Of a stretch of 64,000 nt of DNA, positions 31,853-41,357 are shown piece after piece (position 1 is the stretch's first letter; each line of letters opens with the position of its first letter). Made by a program: the position numbers and the translations under genes. The stretch covers positions 1 to 64,000 of IMG/VR virus record IMGVR_UViG_3300011113_000805; one strand, given 5' to 3'. The notes beneath the pieces were generated by a model that searched no databases, was not told the origin of the DNA, and was given only the letters and a program-made list of their open reading frames with translations.

Positions 31853-32299
31853 TTACTCAATATTGCCGGTGTAGGGCTCCACAAGCAACTTGCCAGCGAC
31901 TCGACACCGATCCAGATAGTGTGCCAGCTGTTCGAAGGAAGTGCAGACCTTGATACCACTTCGGGAGAGCATAAGGTTGAAGAGAGCCTTTGGTGGAAGA
32001 CCATTGCAGAAATACACGATAGGCTTGCCCTTTGCAAAAGCATACCCCGCCTCCCAGATGGTGCCAATGTCCTTATCGCGGGTATTCACCAGGAGGAAAT
32101 CTGCAGTCTCGATGTGATGAAGATTGCCTGAGAATACCGTGTCCTGCGTTTCGCGAGGAGCATCAGGTGGGCAAACAAAGATTCGACGGGGTGAAGCAAG
32201 ATCAATCCAATCAGACCTCTCATCGAAAATACCTTCGAGACGAGTAAGCTCTTCTGCCTGAACCTGATTGAACCATCCTGATGCAAGATATACCTTCAT
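31853..32299 (-). CDS. Nucleoside 2'-deoxyribosyltransferase / (d)NMP N-glycosidase (Rcl/MilB-like)
   Basis: KVYLASGWF, SPR, DIGTIWEAGYA.A.GKPI, NLML. Confidence 0.85.
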   Translation of the reverse strand: MKVYLASGWFNQVQAEELTRLEGIFDERSDWIDLASPRRIFVCPPDAPRETQDTVFSGNLHHIETADFLLVNTRDKDIGTIWEAGYAFAKGKPIVYFCNGLPPKALFNLMLSRSGIKVCTSFEQLAHYLDRCRVAGKLLVEPYTGNIE

Positions 32300-32309
32300 G
32301 TTTGACTCC

Positions 32310-32906
32310 TTAGTAGTTAGTCCGGATATTATTGTCAGTCATACCAAGTTGTTTTGCTTCGTCCCTACAAGTATTGACAAAATCTTTCGGACCTGCCAGG
32401 AACAAGGGACCTTCCAGGATCTCATCACGGCTCAGGAAAGTACTCAGGACTGGTGCAGGACGAGATCCTTGTGATATCGTGCACCAGTGAAAGATGCTAC
32501 CTCCGGAGGTACCCCAGCTGAGGTCGAAGATACGAGACGAGATGGGAGTATGGCCCCTCGTGATGACAATAAGATGTGTCTTAAGACCGGCATATCGGCG
32601 CTTCTCGGCAAGAAGAACACCGACACCTGCTGCGGTACCGGCGACAGCAATGGTTGCTGTAGGATCAGTATAGCCAGGAAAGCCTTTGCCAATAGGGCCC
32701 TCCAGGGAGAAATGAGAACCACGAGGAGCATCCAGCCGAGTGCCGGCACGCACAAGCAATGTAACAGACCCAGCAGTGAAATCAGAGATTGCGAAATACG
32801 AATCACCTATCTTGACACACTGTCCTGGGATTACCTCGGTAAGACTATGGCTCAGAGTAACAGAGGCATAGTCACCCCTTCGTACTACCTGAATGATATC
32901 AGACAT
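32310..32906 (-). CDS. Ferredoxin-NADP reductase-like (FAD/NAD-binding) protein, degenerate
   Basis: PGQCV..YFAIS, LEGPIGKGF, AVAGTA, FLAGPKDF..NIRTNY. Confidence 0.65.
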   Translation of the reverse strand: MSDIIQVVRRGDYASVTLSHSLTEVIPGQCVKIGDSYFAISDFTAGSVTLLVRAGTRLDAPRGSHFSLEGPIGKGFPGYTDPTATIAVAGTAAGVGVLLAEKRRYAGLKTHLIVITRGHTPISSRIFDLSWGTSGGSIFHWCTISQGSRPAPVLSTFLSRDEILEGPLFLAGPKDFVNTCRDEAKQLGMTDNNIRTNY

Positions 32907-33417
32907 TGAGGCCGTCCATAATCACACTTACCTCCCTTTCCAAGTTCTCGTCATCAACATTAAGCTCTAAGACCTTGCAAGTAGTCCAGACAGCAAACTC
33001 GAGATACGTATCATGAATTCTTTGCAGGTTCTTGCTAATGGCATCATAGTCATCTCGAATACCGGCGTAGGAAGATCGGGTCGGAATAACAATGACTGTT
33101 CCAAGTTGACTATGACGCCTGTCAAGCTCTCGCAGGACACTCATGTCAGTATTTCGACCAAGAACATGTGAATACACCCACTCAGATGGCCAGGAGCGGT
33201 CAAGAACGACTGACGCTCCTGATGATTCTAGGTAAGAGGTAAAGTAAGTATCGACATACCTTACAGCATTGATGAAGTACCCAGGATCGCTGAGGAAATA
33301 CTTGTGCTCGTCATTATTCTTGAAGTAGGGAATATTGAGACGACGAGCTAACTCCTTGGAAATCTGTGTTTTCCCACATTGGTCAGGACCCTCTAGAATA
33401 ATAACTTGCTGTCCCAT
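32899..33417 (-). CDS. Deoxynucleoside monophosphate (dTMP-like) kinase
   Basis: IILEGPDQCGKT, VLDRSWPSEWVY. Confidence 0.85.
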   Translation of the reverse strand: MGQQVIILEGPDQCGKTQISKELARRLNIPYFKNNDEHKYFLSDPGYFINAVRYVDTYFTSYLESSGASVVLDRSWPSEWVYSHVLGRNTDMSVLRELDRRHSQLGTVIVIPTRSSYAGIRDDYDAISKNLQRIHDTYLEFAVWTTCKVLELNVDDENLEREVSVIMDGLNV

Positions 33418-34343
33418 TACTTGCTCTCAATCTTACGAATACGAGCTTCATACCCAATCGTCTGCCAATCATCGATCATCTGGCGCTCACCAGGGAAAAG
33501 GAGAGAATCCGGAAGACGCTGAAGCTCAAAGTACCAGGCAGACTTGGAGAAATCCCAATCGGGCTGATTCTCTGGGTTTGCCAATGAAGGAATGTGCTTT
33601 CCAGCAGAAGGAGCTCGACCGGTGTTACCAAAGACCTTGTCTGTGTTGAGGCAGACCTTATTGCCACCCATTGCATCAAGCTTTGTTAGAAGTGCAGACC
33701 ATCCGGAACCAGGCACTGTATCAGTACCATCAGGATTCAAATGTGCCAGACGAAGCTCACGAAGGATGAGACGACCAATAAGATTGAGCTCGTCCGTGAG
33801 ACCGTTCTCACAGCGGCGAGAGAAGTAACCACGAAGTGCCATAAAATTAACGACACAAACAAGATTGGTTTGCTGACCGTGAAGGGTAAGGTATCGACAA
33901 TCCTGCGGTGGAATACCGGCTGCAACCATGTCATTATAGAGCTGGAATGAATCTTGTGCGAGCTTGGTTGCACGCTTATTGAAGTCATGACTCAGGGCAA
34001 TGTTAAGTGGAACAGTAACAGCATGATCGATCACCTCAGGCATCTGTGAAGTGACACAGTAAGCCCAGCCGACACGACCTCGAGTAAACTGAGCAAGACC
34101 AACTCGGCTGATACCTTCGATACGAACCTGAAAGTTGAGGGCTTCTTGAGGAACCGGAAGTGCGGTGCCAGCGAGAACCTCGTGGCATGCCTCAATATGC
34201 TTTGGATTGGTCGGATCAAACTCCACATTCCGAAGGGAGTACCAGGTCTCACGGTACCAGTCCCAGAACATCTTGAAGGGTGTCGGATTGCCGGCATCGA
34301 GGAGGGTGACACGAATGTTATCAAAACCAGAAACTACCTGCAT
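33417..34343 (-). CDS. Divergent ThyX (flavin-dependent thymidylate synthase) paralog
   Basis: IEGISRVGLAQFTRGR...SQM, AGIPPQDCRYL...VNFMALRGYFSRRC; start at ATG 34343 with SD GGAG. Confidence 0.75.
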   Translation of the reverse strand: MQVVSGFDNIRVTLLDAGNPTPFKMFWDWYRETWYSLRNVEFDPTNPKHIEACHEVLAGTALPVPQEALNFQVRIEGISRVGLAQFTRGRVGWAYCVTSQMPEVIDHAVTVPLNIALSHDFNKRATKLAQDSFQLYNDMVAAGIPPQDCRYLTLHGQQTNLVCVVNFMALRGYFSRRCENGLTDELNLIGRLILRELRLAHLNPDGTDTVPGSGWSALLTKLDAMGGNKVCLNTDKVFGNTGRAPSAGKHIPSLANPENQPDWDFSKSAWYFELQRLPDSLLFPGERQMIDDWQTIGYEARIRKIESK

Positions 34344-34365
34344 TACTTGCTCCAAGTTACTTGTG

Positions 34366-34394
34366 ATTTTATTGTAGAGATAATTGATGTTCAA
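34366..34394 (-). promoter_or_regulatory. Sigma70-like promoter
   Basis: TTGAAC-N17-TAAAAT. Confidence 0.6.
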
Positions 34395-34395
34395 T

Positions 34396-35586
34396 TCAAA
34401 GTTTTGCAATAATCGACTTCAATTCAACCATCGAATCATGAAAGTTCTTAACACCTAAGTGTGTGTCAATGTAATTGCGTCCTGCCTGAATCATTTTCGC
34501 ATGATTTTCTTCAGACCATCCTGGTAGAAGCTCATCATAAATCCAATTAGCGATGAGATCTCCATCCGGACGTCCATCGGGACCATAGCATTTTTCAGGC
34601 AATCGATGCATGATGGTGTCCCACTCATCAGAAACATAAAACCTTCGATCAACAATCGGAATAACACCCCAGTCAATCGCCTCGGACTGGCAATTTTGCA
34701 TACCACCATCACCCCATCGAATCTCGTCACCCTTGCTGAATGTCAGATCAATGGAGAATCGAGGAGCAGTCCCGGGACCATCACCAGCCAGAATCTTAGG
34801 AACCTGGTCACGAGTGTAAGCTCCCTTCATGATGGGCACAACTCGTTTCCATGCATCATGGTTTTCACTCTTTGATTTGATCGCCCCAAAGAAAGACATA
34901 CCATTTTCATCTGGTGACCATCCCCAAGCCGCTAGTCGAGGAGGATTCTCACGTTGCATCAAGGAATCAAACATTTTCAGTACCTGTACGGCACCTTTCC
35001 CAGTAGAGAACCTCGTGTTCGAAATGATGTACCGTGGATCTCTTTCGAGAGAAGATTCGACTGCTGTTTTCTTGCAAACATTATCATGAACATTACATGA
35101 CATGACATGTGGAGTCGTCTCTTCAAGAAATCCTTTCCTAAGATTGTGCTCTCTAATTGCAGGTCGAACTGACCACCATGCATCCCAGTGGGGCATCCTG
35201 GAGAAGTCGGTACACATACGAGTCTCATGTGTGCCAATTCCTAGGGCCACCTTAGGTGCCTTAATCTTTGCAAAAACCTCAGATGCTGTAGGCCATTTGT
35301 TGTTCATGAAGAATAACGAAAAGACAATGTCAGCATCTTCACAGGCATCCAAAACTTCCTGATCAGAGCAAGCAATAGTAACGCCTTCACCAAACTTAAG
35401 CTTAAGCTTCTCACGATGGCGATCTCGAGATCTCGAGGTCCTTTCAGGTGTAGAGAGTTCTGGAGTCTGTGAAACGATCACCATCCCCTCTTGGTAGCTT
35501 CTGTTGCCATTGAACAGAAAAAGCAAATTTTCAACATATGTCCTAGCGCCACCAAAACCTTCGTAAGTAATTACTTTAGCTAGCAT
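34396..35586 (-). CDS. GT-B fold glycosyltransferase (candidate DNA/nucleotide GT)
   Basis: FGGARTY, TRFSTGKG, GGMQNCQSEAIDWGVIPIV, AGRNYI. Confidence 0.7.
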   Translation of the reverse strand: MLAKVITYEGFGGARTYVENLLFLFNGNRSYQEGMVIVSQTPELSTPERTSRSRDRHREKLKLKFGEGVTIACSDQEVLDACEDADIVFSLFFMNNKWPTASEVFAKIKAPKVALGIGTHETRMCTDFSRMPHWDAWWSVRPAIREHNLRKGFLEETTPHVMSCNVHDNVCKKTAVESSLERDPRYIISNTRFSTGKGAVQVLKMFDSLMQRENPPRLAAWGWSPDENGMSFFGAIKSKSENHDAWKRVVPIMKGAYTRDQVPKILAGDGPGTAPRFSIDLTFSKGDEIRWGDGGMQNCQSEAIDWGVIPIVDRRFYVSDEWDTIMHRLPEKCYGPDGRPDGDLIANWIYDELLPGWSEENHAKMIQAGRNYIDTHLGVKNFHDSMVELKSIIAKL

Positions 35587-35609
35587 CTTTCTGTTTCCTT
35601 CCTTTAAGT

Positions 35610-35804
35610 TCAGTTAATTGGTTTTGACAAGTAAGCTGAATGAATACCTGTTAGCAACTCACAGTTGAACAGGACATCATAGGCTAAACAACATCTAGTC
35701 TCACCATAGGTACCTAGCCACGTTTTCTCGTACGGGCCCTTTACAATGATGACGTAGTGCAGACCTGCGACTGCTAAATCACCAGGTTTAAACTCACTCG
35801 TCAT
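35610..35804 (-). CDS. Small hypothetical protein
   Basis: MTSEFKPGDLAV...YDVLF; internal ATG of the track ORF 35610-35966. Confidence 0.5.
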   Translation of the reverse strand: MTSEFKPGDLAVAGLHYVIIVKGPYEKTWLGTYGETRCCLAYDVLFNCELLTGIHSAYLSKPIN

Positions 35805-36000
35805 CACGAGCTGATTGCAGGGTGTGAAATCCTGTTGGATAATATCGCATCTCAGTTCCCACCAAGACCGCGTAATGCTGTAGGTGCGGGTATGCCACAA
35901 CGATTCCACCTCCCGGAATACCCTGCCCACAGTAAGTTCCAACGGCACACTTCGTACCGTACTCATTGATAACCCTGACCCTGGTCTTTCCGGCTTCCAT
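35794..36000 (-). CDS. Small hypothetical protein
   Basis: SD AAGGGG; ATGAAC-N17-TAAGAT promoter at 36025-36053. Confidence 0.5.
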   Translation of the reverse strand: MEAGKTRVRVINEYGTKCAVGTYCGQGIPGGGIVVAYPHLQHYAVLVGTEMRYYPTGFHTLQSARDDE

Positions 36001-36166
36001 TTGCTAGATCCCCTTTATGATTAGATCTTATCACGACGCTTCGAATAGTTCATAGCTTGAATTCAAATAAGCGAACTATCTCAATAGTAACTCAGGTTAT
36101 TCCTGAGTGTCTTTCAACTTGTGAGGTTTAGGTAATACCACAACAGTCATTTCGGTTCAACCAAGA

Positions 36167-36685
36167 TCAATCCTGTGCAACGACGATACTTCCTGAGATG
36201 ATGCCACAAACATCGATCTCAGAGATAGGGGTATAATCCCAGAGATCGACACAGACATTAAGGCTCTTTCCATCCCACCTTGGAGGACTATGCCTATGAC
36301 CATGTATGAGTGCATCCCACTCTGTGAGACGGTTTCCTGGAAGTGGTTCATGATGAAGCAGCACATTGAATCCGTCAGCAAGGGTCATGGCCATCTGGTT
36401 GCAGACGTCTTCAAATCCCATCTCAGTCATGACCCTTGCTGACCGGTCATGATTTCCCCTTACAAGAATCTTTCTCCCCCTTAGGGATGCAACAATAGGT
36501 GCTGCATCCGCGGGCTTTCCAAGAAAAACATCACCCACGACATAGACGGTGTCACTATCGACGACTCTCTCATTCCACCTTGAGACTAGTGCAGTATTCA
36601 TCTCTGCAACAGACCCGAAGGGTCTGTTGCAATATTTTATGATATTCGTATGCCCGATATGAAGATCAGAGGTGAACCAGATCAT
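36167..36685 (-). CDS. Calcineurin-like metallophosphoesterase
   Basis: SDLHIGH, VGD, GNHD, HEP, HGHRH. Confidence 0.9.
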   Translation of the reverse strand: MIWFTSDLHIGHTNIIKYCNRPFGSVAEMNTALVSRWNERVVDSDTVYVVGDVFLGKPADAAPIVASLRGRKILVRGNHDRSARVMTEMGFEDVCNQMAMTLADGFNVLLHHEPLPGNRLTEWDALIHGHRHSPPRWDGKSLNVCVDLWDYTPISEIDVCGIISGSIVVAQD

Positions 36686-36750
36686 TGGTCGTCCTGACTG
36701 CTTTTTTATAGTGGTAGATCTTCACATTTTGTAAAGGCAAATTTTTTAAT

Positions 36751-37143
36751 TTACATCAGCGAGAAGAGGATTTCTAATAGAGGATAGAGCACCATACCGA
36801 CTGTTAGACCGGCAACAAATTTCAGATAAAACTTTATCCATTTTACCTGTCGCTCAACCTCTGCATACTGTGACCGTAGTTCAGCGTACCTCCACGTAGC
36901 AGACTCTAGTTTTTCATGCACGACTAGCAACTGAGTCTCGAGATCATACCTCTCCTTCTCCAGTCGGGCCTTAGCAATTCCCAAGGCGACCTGCATGTCA
37001 CCTTGTACCTGCTCACTTGCCTCACCTAAGGTATCCTTGGCTACCTGTTGACAGAAAGCCTTAAGACCTTCTCTGTCCCTAATCTCTTTCAGTTCACGCT
37101 CGACCTGTTCGATTCTTTCCCTAACAACAAAAACATCAGCCAT
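36751..37143 (-). CDS. Coiled-coil protein with C-terminal TM helix
   Basis: Heptads plus a hydrophobic tail. Confidence 0.6.
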   Translation of the reverse strand: MADVFVVRERIEQVERELKEIRDREGLKAFCQQVAKDTLGEASEQVQGDMQVALGIAKARLEKERYDLETQLLVVHEKLESATWRYAELRSQYAEVERQVKWIKFYLKFVAGLTVGMVLYPLLEILFSLM

Positions 37144-37501
37144 TTTTCTTTCCTCCTAAGTATTGTACCCATGCCCATAGGGGTCTTGATAAGAGGTATT
37201 CTGCATTATTTTCATTAATGCAAGCTTCTTGCTCCATTGGATTATGGAAATATGCCTCATATTTGTTCATTCCTCTAAACACATTTAATGCCCAGAGAGC
37301 TGGGTAGAGAATAATAAATCCAACTATGCATAGCTCCAGCCACTGTCTCATATGTATCATCTCATGCTGGATGGTGGCGTCGTCCAATGTCTCTTCGCAG
37401 AAGGTGAAAGGTGGAACTGTGAATGACCAAAGTCTCACCGGTGCAAAGAGTGAGAGTATACCTGGCAATCGTGAATTTTGTACATAGATGGGTTTAAACA
37501 T
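37136..37501 (-). CDS. Small HExxH (zincin-like) membrane-associated protein
   Basis: QHEMIH..Q...AY..NPMEQEA. Confidence 0.6.
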   Translation of the reverse strand: MFKPIYVQNSRLPGILSLFAPVRLWSFTVPPFTFCEETLDDATIQHEMIHMRQWLELCIVGFIILYPALWALNVFRGMNKYEAYFHNPMEQEACINENNAEYLLSRPLWAWVQYLGGKKNG

Positions 37502-37505
37502 TGAT

Positions 37506-38282
37506 TCACCTGATTCGCCTCTCCGGTCTTTGTCCAATCCGGCGACGATCTGCACCTGCTCTCATTCTCTTCACTCGGCCGAGTCTATCGGTGATATCAA
37601 ATTCTACCTGCGATTCAAGTTCCCTAATAATCTCAATGAGAACACTTTCTTCAGGTGTTGGAATTTGCATTAATTGACAACATCTGCAAAGCACCTGAAT
37701 ACGAAGAGGCATGTTTCCAAATGAAACACCCCAAGTCCAGCTAACTGATCTTTGTAACCGCTGTGACTCCTCGCGAAGAGAGGCAATCTTGGATTCTAGA
37801 GCTCTTTCAAGTTCTTCCAAAGGCATGCCTGTTTCAATATCAAGCTCTGCAGCGATCTCGGCTAGCACTTGATAGTCTCCTCCGGACCAAGCTGCAGCTG
37901 CTTGCTGATAAAGGAGAATAAGACGATCTCTCTGGGCATCGGAAATATTTGGATCATGATCCACTTTATCCGGATGAGTCCTGAGGACTATAGCTCTGTA
38001 AGCTTTCTTTGCCCAGCCTGGATGTTGCGCAGATATCTCGTCGCTCTCTTCCTGTGAAGGAGGAGTCTGCTCGGTTTGCGAAGGAGATTCCCGTAAAGGA
38101 CTTTGTTGCTGTCCCTTTCGAATATCAGGTGCATTGCTTGAAATAACAGCAGTATGAAATTTACCTAGGGCCAAGATGGCCCTATTTACATCATGATCAT
38201 ACGCCGACTTCTTCTCTAGCAGGTGTTCATGGTCTTCACGAAGGTCACGAAGAACCCTCGCAAGGGCTTTAGCCCTTGACAC
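37506..38282 (-). CDS. J-domain (DnaJ-like) protein
   Basis: KKAYRAIVLRTHPDK. Confidence 0.7.
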   Translation of the reverse strand: MSRAKALARVLRDLREDHEHLLEKKSAYDHDVNRAILALGKFHTAVISSNAPDIRKGQQQSPLRESPSQTEQTPPSQEESDEISAQHPGWAKKAYRAIVLRTHPDKVDHDPNISDAQRDRLILLYQQAAAAWSGGDYQVLAEIAAELDIETGMPLEELERALESKIASLREESQRLQRSVSWTWGVSFGNMPLRIQVLCRCCQLMQIPTPEESVLIEIIRELESQVEFDITDRLGRVKRMRAGADRRRIGQRPERRIR

Positions 38283-38284
38283 AT

Positions 38285-38536
38285 TTACCTCTTTTCTCTT
38301 AGCGTTTTGAAGATCTCAAGAGGCCACAGAAGGGACATCTTATAGCTAGCCTGCACGGTCTTTGCAGCAGCAGTGGCCTCCTGCTTTGTCTCCCGAGAGC
38401 GAGCCGCATCTCCAAGAGACCTTAGGAACCTAACGACCACAATTTTGGAGACAAATGACGAGAATGCAATTGCCATGTATTCAACAGGAACCATGATTGA
38501 AAGTGTGACTAGTACTGCCTGCAGTGTCTCGCTCAT
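38285..38536 (-). CDS. Hypothetical membrane protein
   Basis: SD AGGAGG, hydrophobic N-terminus. Confidence 0.55.
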   Translation of the reverse strand: MSETLQAVLVTLSIMVPVEYMAIAFSSFVSKIVVVRFLRSLGDAARSRETKQEATAAAKTVQASYKMSLLWPLEIFKTLREKR

Positions 38537-38551
38537 ATGAGCCTCCTGTTT

Positions 38552-39022
38552 CTATTTATCCTCCTCACGTGACTTTTTCAATTTTTCAGCTTCCCTTTTG
38601 ACACCAACTCTCTCGGGCCTCTTCGAATCACCGTCTTCATTGGCAACCCTCTCTATCGCTGCTTTTCTAGCAATAAGTGCATCCCTACGATTTGTGAGAT
38701 ACCCCTGCGTTGACTCCAGCACTAGTGTCCTCTCTCCCAATGCAACGACCCTGTCACGTAGTCGTGACTGTTCCTTTCCTAATGCCTCGAGGATCTTGCC
38801 GTATCCACTAGCCAGGGCCGTCAACCTCTCCTGCTCGGAGGCTCTCATCGCCTCATTGAGCACGGCCTTAACGAAAGCCTCAATCTCTCCCAGGTTTCGA
38901 AGGAACTTTGTCTCCACCCTTGCGACTTCCAGCTCTCCTGTCGCGGCCGTCACGGTCTTCCCAAGCGAGTCAATAATCGACTGTAGTTCGTTAACTGTGT
39001 CTTCAATGCTTTCATATTTCAT
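38552..39022 (-). CDS. Hypothetical coiled-coil protein
   Basis: 156-aa helical ORF. Confidence 0.6.
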   Translation of the reverse strand: MKYESIEDTVNELQSIIDSLGKTVTAATGELEVARVETKFLRNLGEIEAFVKAVLNEAMRASEQERLTALASGYGKILEALGKEQSRLRDRVVALGERTLVLESTQGYLTNRRDALIARKAAIERVANEDGDSKRPERVGVKREAEKLKKSREEDK

Positions 39023-39044
39023 TTTGATACGCTAATATCTTCAA

Positions 39045-39082
39045 GAAAAATGTAAACGGCAGGGATCAATCGATCCCTGCCG
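39045..39082 (-). terminator. Intrinsic terminator
   Basis: cggcagggatc-aatc-gatccctgccg followed by tttacattttt on the minus strand. Confidence 0.75.
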
Positions 39083-39109
39083 CACCTCGCTTAACGAGGA
39101 TTTATGCTA

Positions 39110-40969
39110 TCAGCGGATGACAGCCACGATGACGTCATCAGCCTTGAGACCGAACTCGAAGTCGACCATGGCGTTGGAGACGGTGTAGTCAGCACCGGAG
39201 ACCATCAGCTGACCATTGAGGTAGATCTCAGTGCGATCTGCAGCTGCATCGAGGTCAGGAGCAACAGCACCGCCACCAATCTGGTCAGCACCAAGGAAGG
39301 TGTACTGACCGTTGGCAACATCACCAGTGAGAGCCTTCACCCACTTGCCCTTGCCAGCAACGGCGCCACCGGCGAGGCTGTTGAGGGCCTCCACCAGTGA
39401 GACGTTTCCGAAGTTGGCAACGAAGCTTGTCCAGTCGCCAGCGGCCTCGGAGAGCTTGAAGGCACCCTGGGCATCGGCGAGGAAGAGGTCGGCAGCAGCC
39501 TGAACCTTGAAATCCGAACCGGAAGCCAGCAGGTCGCCGTATGCACCCAGGTTGAGTGCAGCAAACTCGGGAGTTGCGGCGGAGTGGATGTCCTGAGGAA
39601 GGCTCAGGGTGATGCTACCATCGTTGTCATCAGCGACGGAAACCTGGTTGGCAGTGCCGGCAACCCAGGCGAAGAGGTCGGCGGAGACCATTGCCTTGGA
39701 ACCATTTGAAGCCATTAGGCGCGATGCTGTGAGGTTGCTGCCGGTGACAACCGCGAAAGTCACGGCGTCGGTGGTGGCAACGGGCTGACCGATGGCAACG
39801 GTGATTGTGGCACCTGCCTCGGAGATGGTGACACCGGTTCCGGCAGCGAGGCGACCCTCGATTGCATCAGCGAGGTCCTGGTTGCTGATCTCGACAAGAT
39901 TACCAGAGGCATCAGCCCAAACAATGTTGGAGCTGAGGTCAAGGGCCTGCATTGTGTCTGCAGCGAACTTGTCGGATGCAATCCACTTGCCGCCATCTGC
40001 TGTTGCCCAGCGAATGTTCTCACCAGCGGTGTCATCAGCGAGGTAGAGACCAGCGCCGTCGACGAGAGAGCCTGAGGAGATGACGATCTTGGCGTCCTTC
40101 ACCAGAAGATTCTGTGTGTCGATGGTGGTGGTTGCACCCATCACATTGAGGTCACCGGAGATGGTGAGGTCACCGGAGAACGAGCCGCTGCGAGCGGAGA
40201 GGTCCTTGGCGAGCGTGAGGCCGGCGGCTCCGAATGTCATCTCAGAGCTGTCGATGAGGGCGCCGTCGGCACCAACATAGACAACGCGAGTTGCAGTCAG
40301 GTCACGAACCCTTGCGGACTGCATGACGAGGTCTGAACCGGAGACTTCGAAGTTGTTGCTGTCAACAAGCTCACCGCCGACATCGCTGTAAACCAGCCTG
40401 CCTGCTGTGAGGTCCTGCACCTTGGCGGATGCGAAGATGCCGGCAACAGATGCAACAAGGTGCGATGCTGAGACTGCGCCTGCCACTGTGAGGAGAGGTG
40501 TTCCACCCATTCCACCGGTGGGATTGAAGGTGAGGTCCTGCTCATCGAAGAGCTGACCATTAGGTCCAACCCTATAGAGCCTACCAGCAACATCACCATC
40601 AACCTTGATCTCGGAAGCCGAGAGGGTGGTGGCGACATCGACGATCCCAGCAAAGTCGGCCTTGCCAGCAACGGCAAGGGTGGCCTGCATGTTGACGGCA
40701 CCGGCGATATCAGCCGAGCTATCGACATCGAGGTCACCAGCTAGCTTCATTCCAGCGGAGCCGGTGAGGGCATGCGAGAACTGACCAGCGGCCTGCTCGG
40801 TGAAGGTAGGAGCGCCGGTGATACGCTTGATTGCACCGGCAAAGTGACCAAGAACGTCCTCGAGATGCTCAGCTGCACCTGCGGCAGGAACGCCTGCGGC
40901 CTTGGCGGCACCCTCGATTGCAACGAGAGAGCCTGTAACTGCATCTAGTCTAAGTTGTGTACGAGCCAT
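39110..40969 (-). CDS. Virion fibre/decoration-like structural protein
   Basis: Ala/Gly-rich beta repeats (LTAGRLVY, LTATRVVY, LTASRLMA), GDLTISGDLNVMG, C-terminal IYLNGQLM..GADY; visibly GC-richer codons. Confidence 0.65.
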   Translation of the reverse strand: MARTQLRLDAVTGSLVAIEGAAKAAGVPAAGAAEHLEDVLGHFAGAIKRITGAPTFTEQAAGQFSHALTGSAGMKLAGDLDVDSSADIAGAVNMQATLAVAGKADFAGIVDVATTLSASEIKVDGDVAGRLYRVGPNGQLFDEQDLTFNPTGGMGGTPLLTVAGAVSASHLVASVAGIFASAKVQDLTAGRLVYSDVGGELVDSNNFEVSGSDLVMQSARVRDLTATRVVYVGADGALIDSSEMTFGAAGLTLAKDLSARSGSFSGDLTISGDLNVMGATTTIDTQNLLVKDAKIVISSGSLVDGAGLYLADDTAGENIRWATADGGKWIASDKFAADTMQALDLSSNIVWADASGNLVEISNQDLADAIEGRLAAGTGVTISEAGATITVAIGQPVATTDAVTFAVVTGSNLTASRLMASNGSKAMVSADLFAWVAGTANQVSVADDNDGSITLSLPQDIHSAATPEFAALNLGAYGDLLASGSDFKVQAAADLFLADAQGAFKLSEAAGDWTSFVANFGNVSLVEALNSLAGGAVAGKGKWVKALTGDVANGQYTFLGADQIGGGAVAPDLDAAADRTEIYLNGQLMVSGADYTVSNAMVDFEFGLKADDVIVAVIR

Positions 40970-41055
40970 TGTATTTTCCTATTGTCTTTGTTCTAGTCCC
41001 AATCTGCACCGCGCTTCATGGGTAACGGGACTGGTCTCATTGAGACCACCTGCAG

Positions 41056-41298
41056 TTATTCTGCTGGTGACTTAGACTGAGCTCGTGGCTCATTGAGCAT
41101 TCTCTTAATTTTCCGCATTGCTGCATCAAAATTTGGGTGCTCAGTTCTTAGATATGCCTGTTCGAGGTCAAATGCCTCATTATTTTTGTCATCAAATGTA
41201 AATATGAATTTACCTTTTGCCCTCTCTGCGCTGAGAATACGCAGTCCACGCATGAGCAGGTAAGCTGCCGTGGCCATGTCAGAAGTTGTATAGATCAT
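41056..41298 (-). CDS. DUF5659-like small protein
   Basis: YTTSDMATAAYL..G....FIFTF. Confidence 0.6.
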   Translation of the reverse strand: MIYTTSDMATAAYLLMRGLRILSAERAKGKFIFTFDDKNNEAFDLEQAYLRTEHPNFDAAMRKIKRMLNEPRAQSKSPAE

Positions 41299-41357
41299 TT
41301 TACATATTCCCCATTATATGTATGATCAACCGGTCAAACTTCTTGCATAGCGAAACG

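Noticed and set aside
36054-36166. tRNA or ncRNA in intergenic gaps (also 40970-41055)
   Set aside because: No cloverleaf or T-loop consensus, only short hairpins
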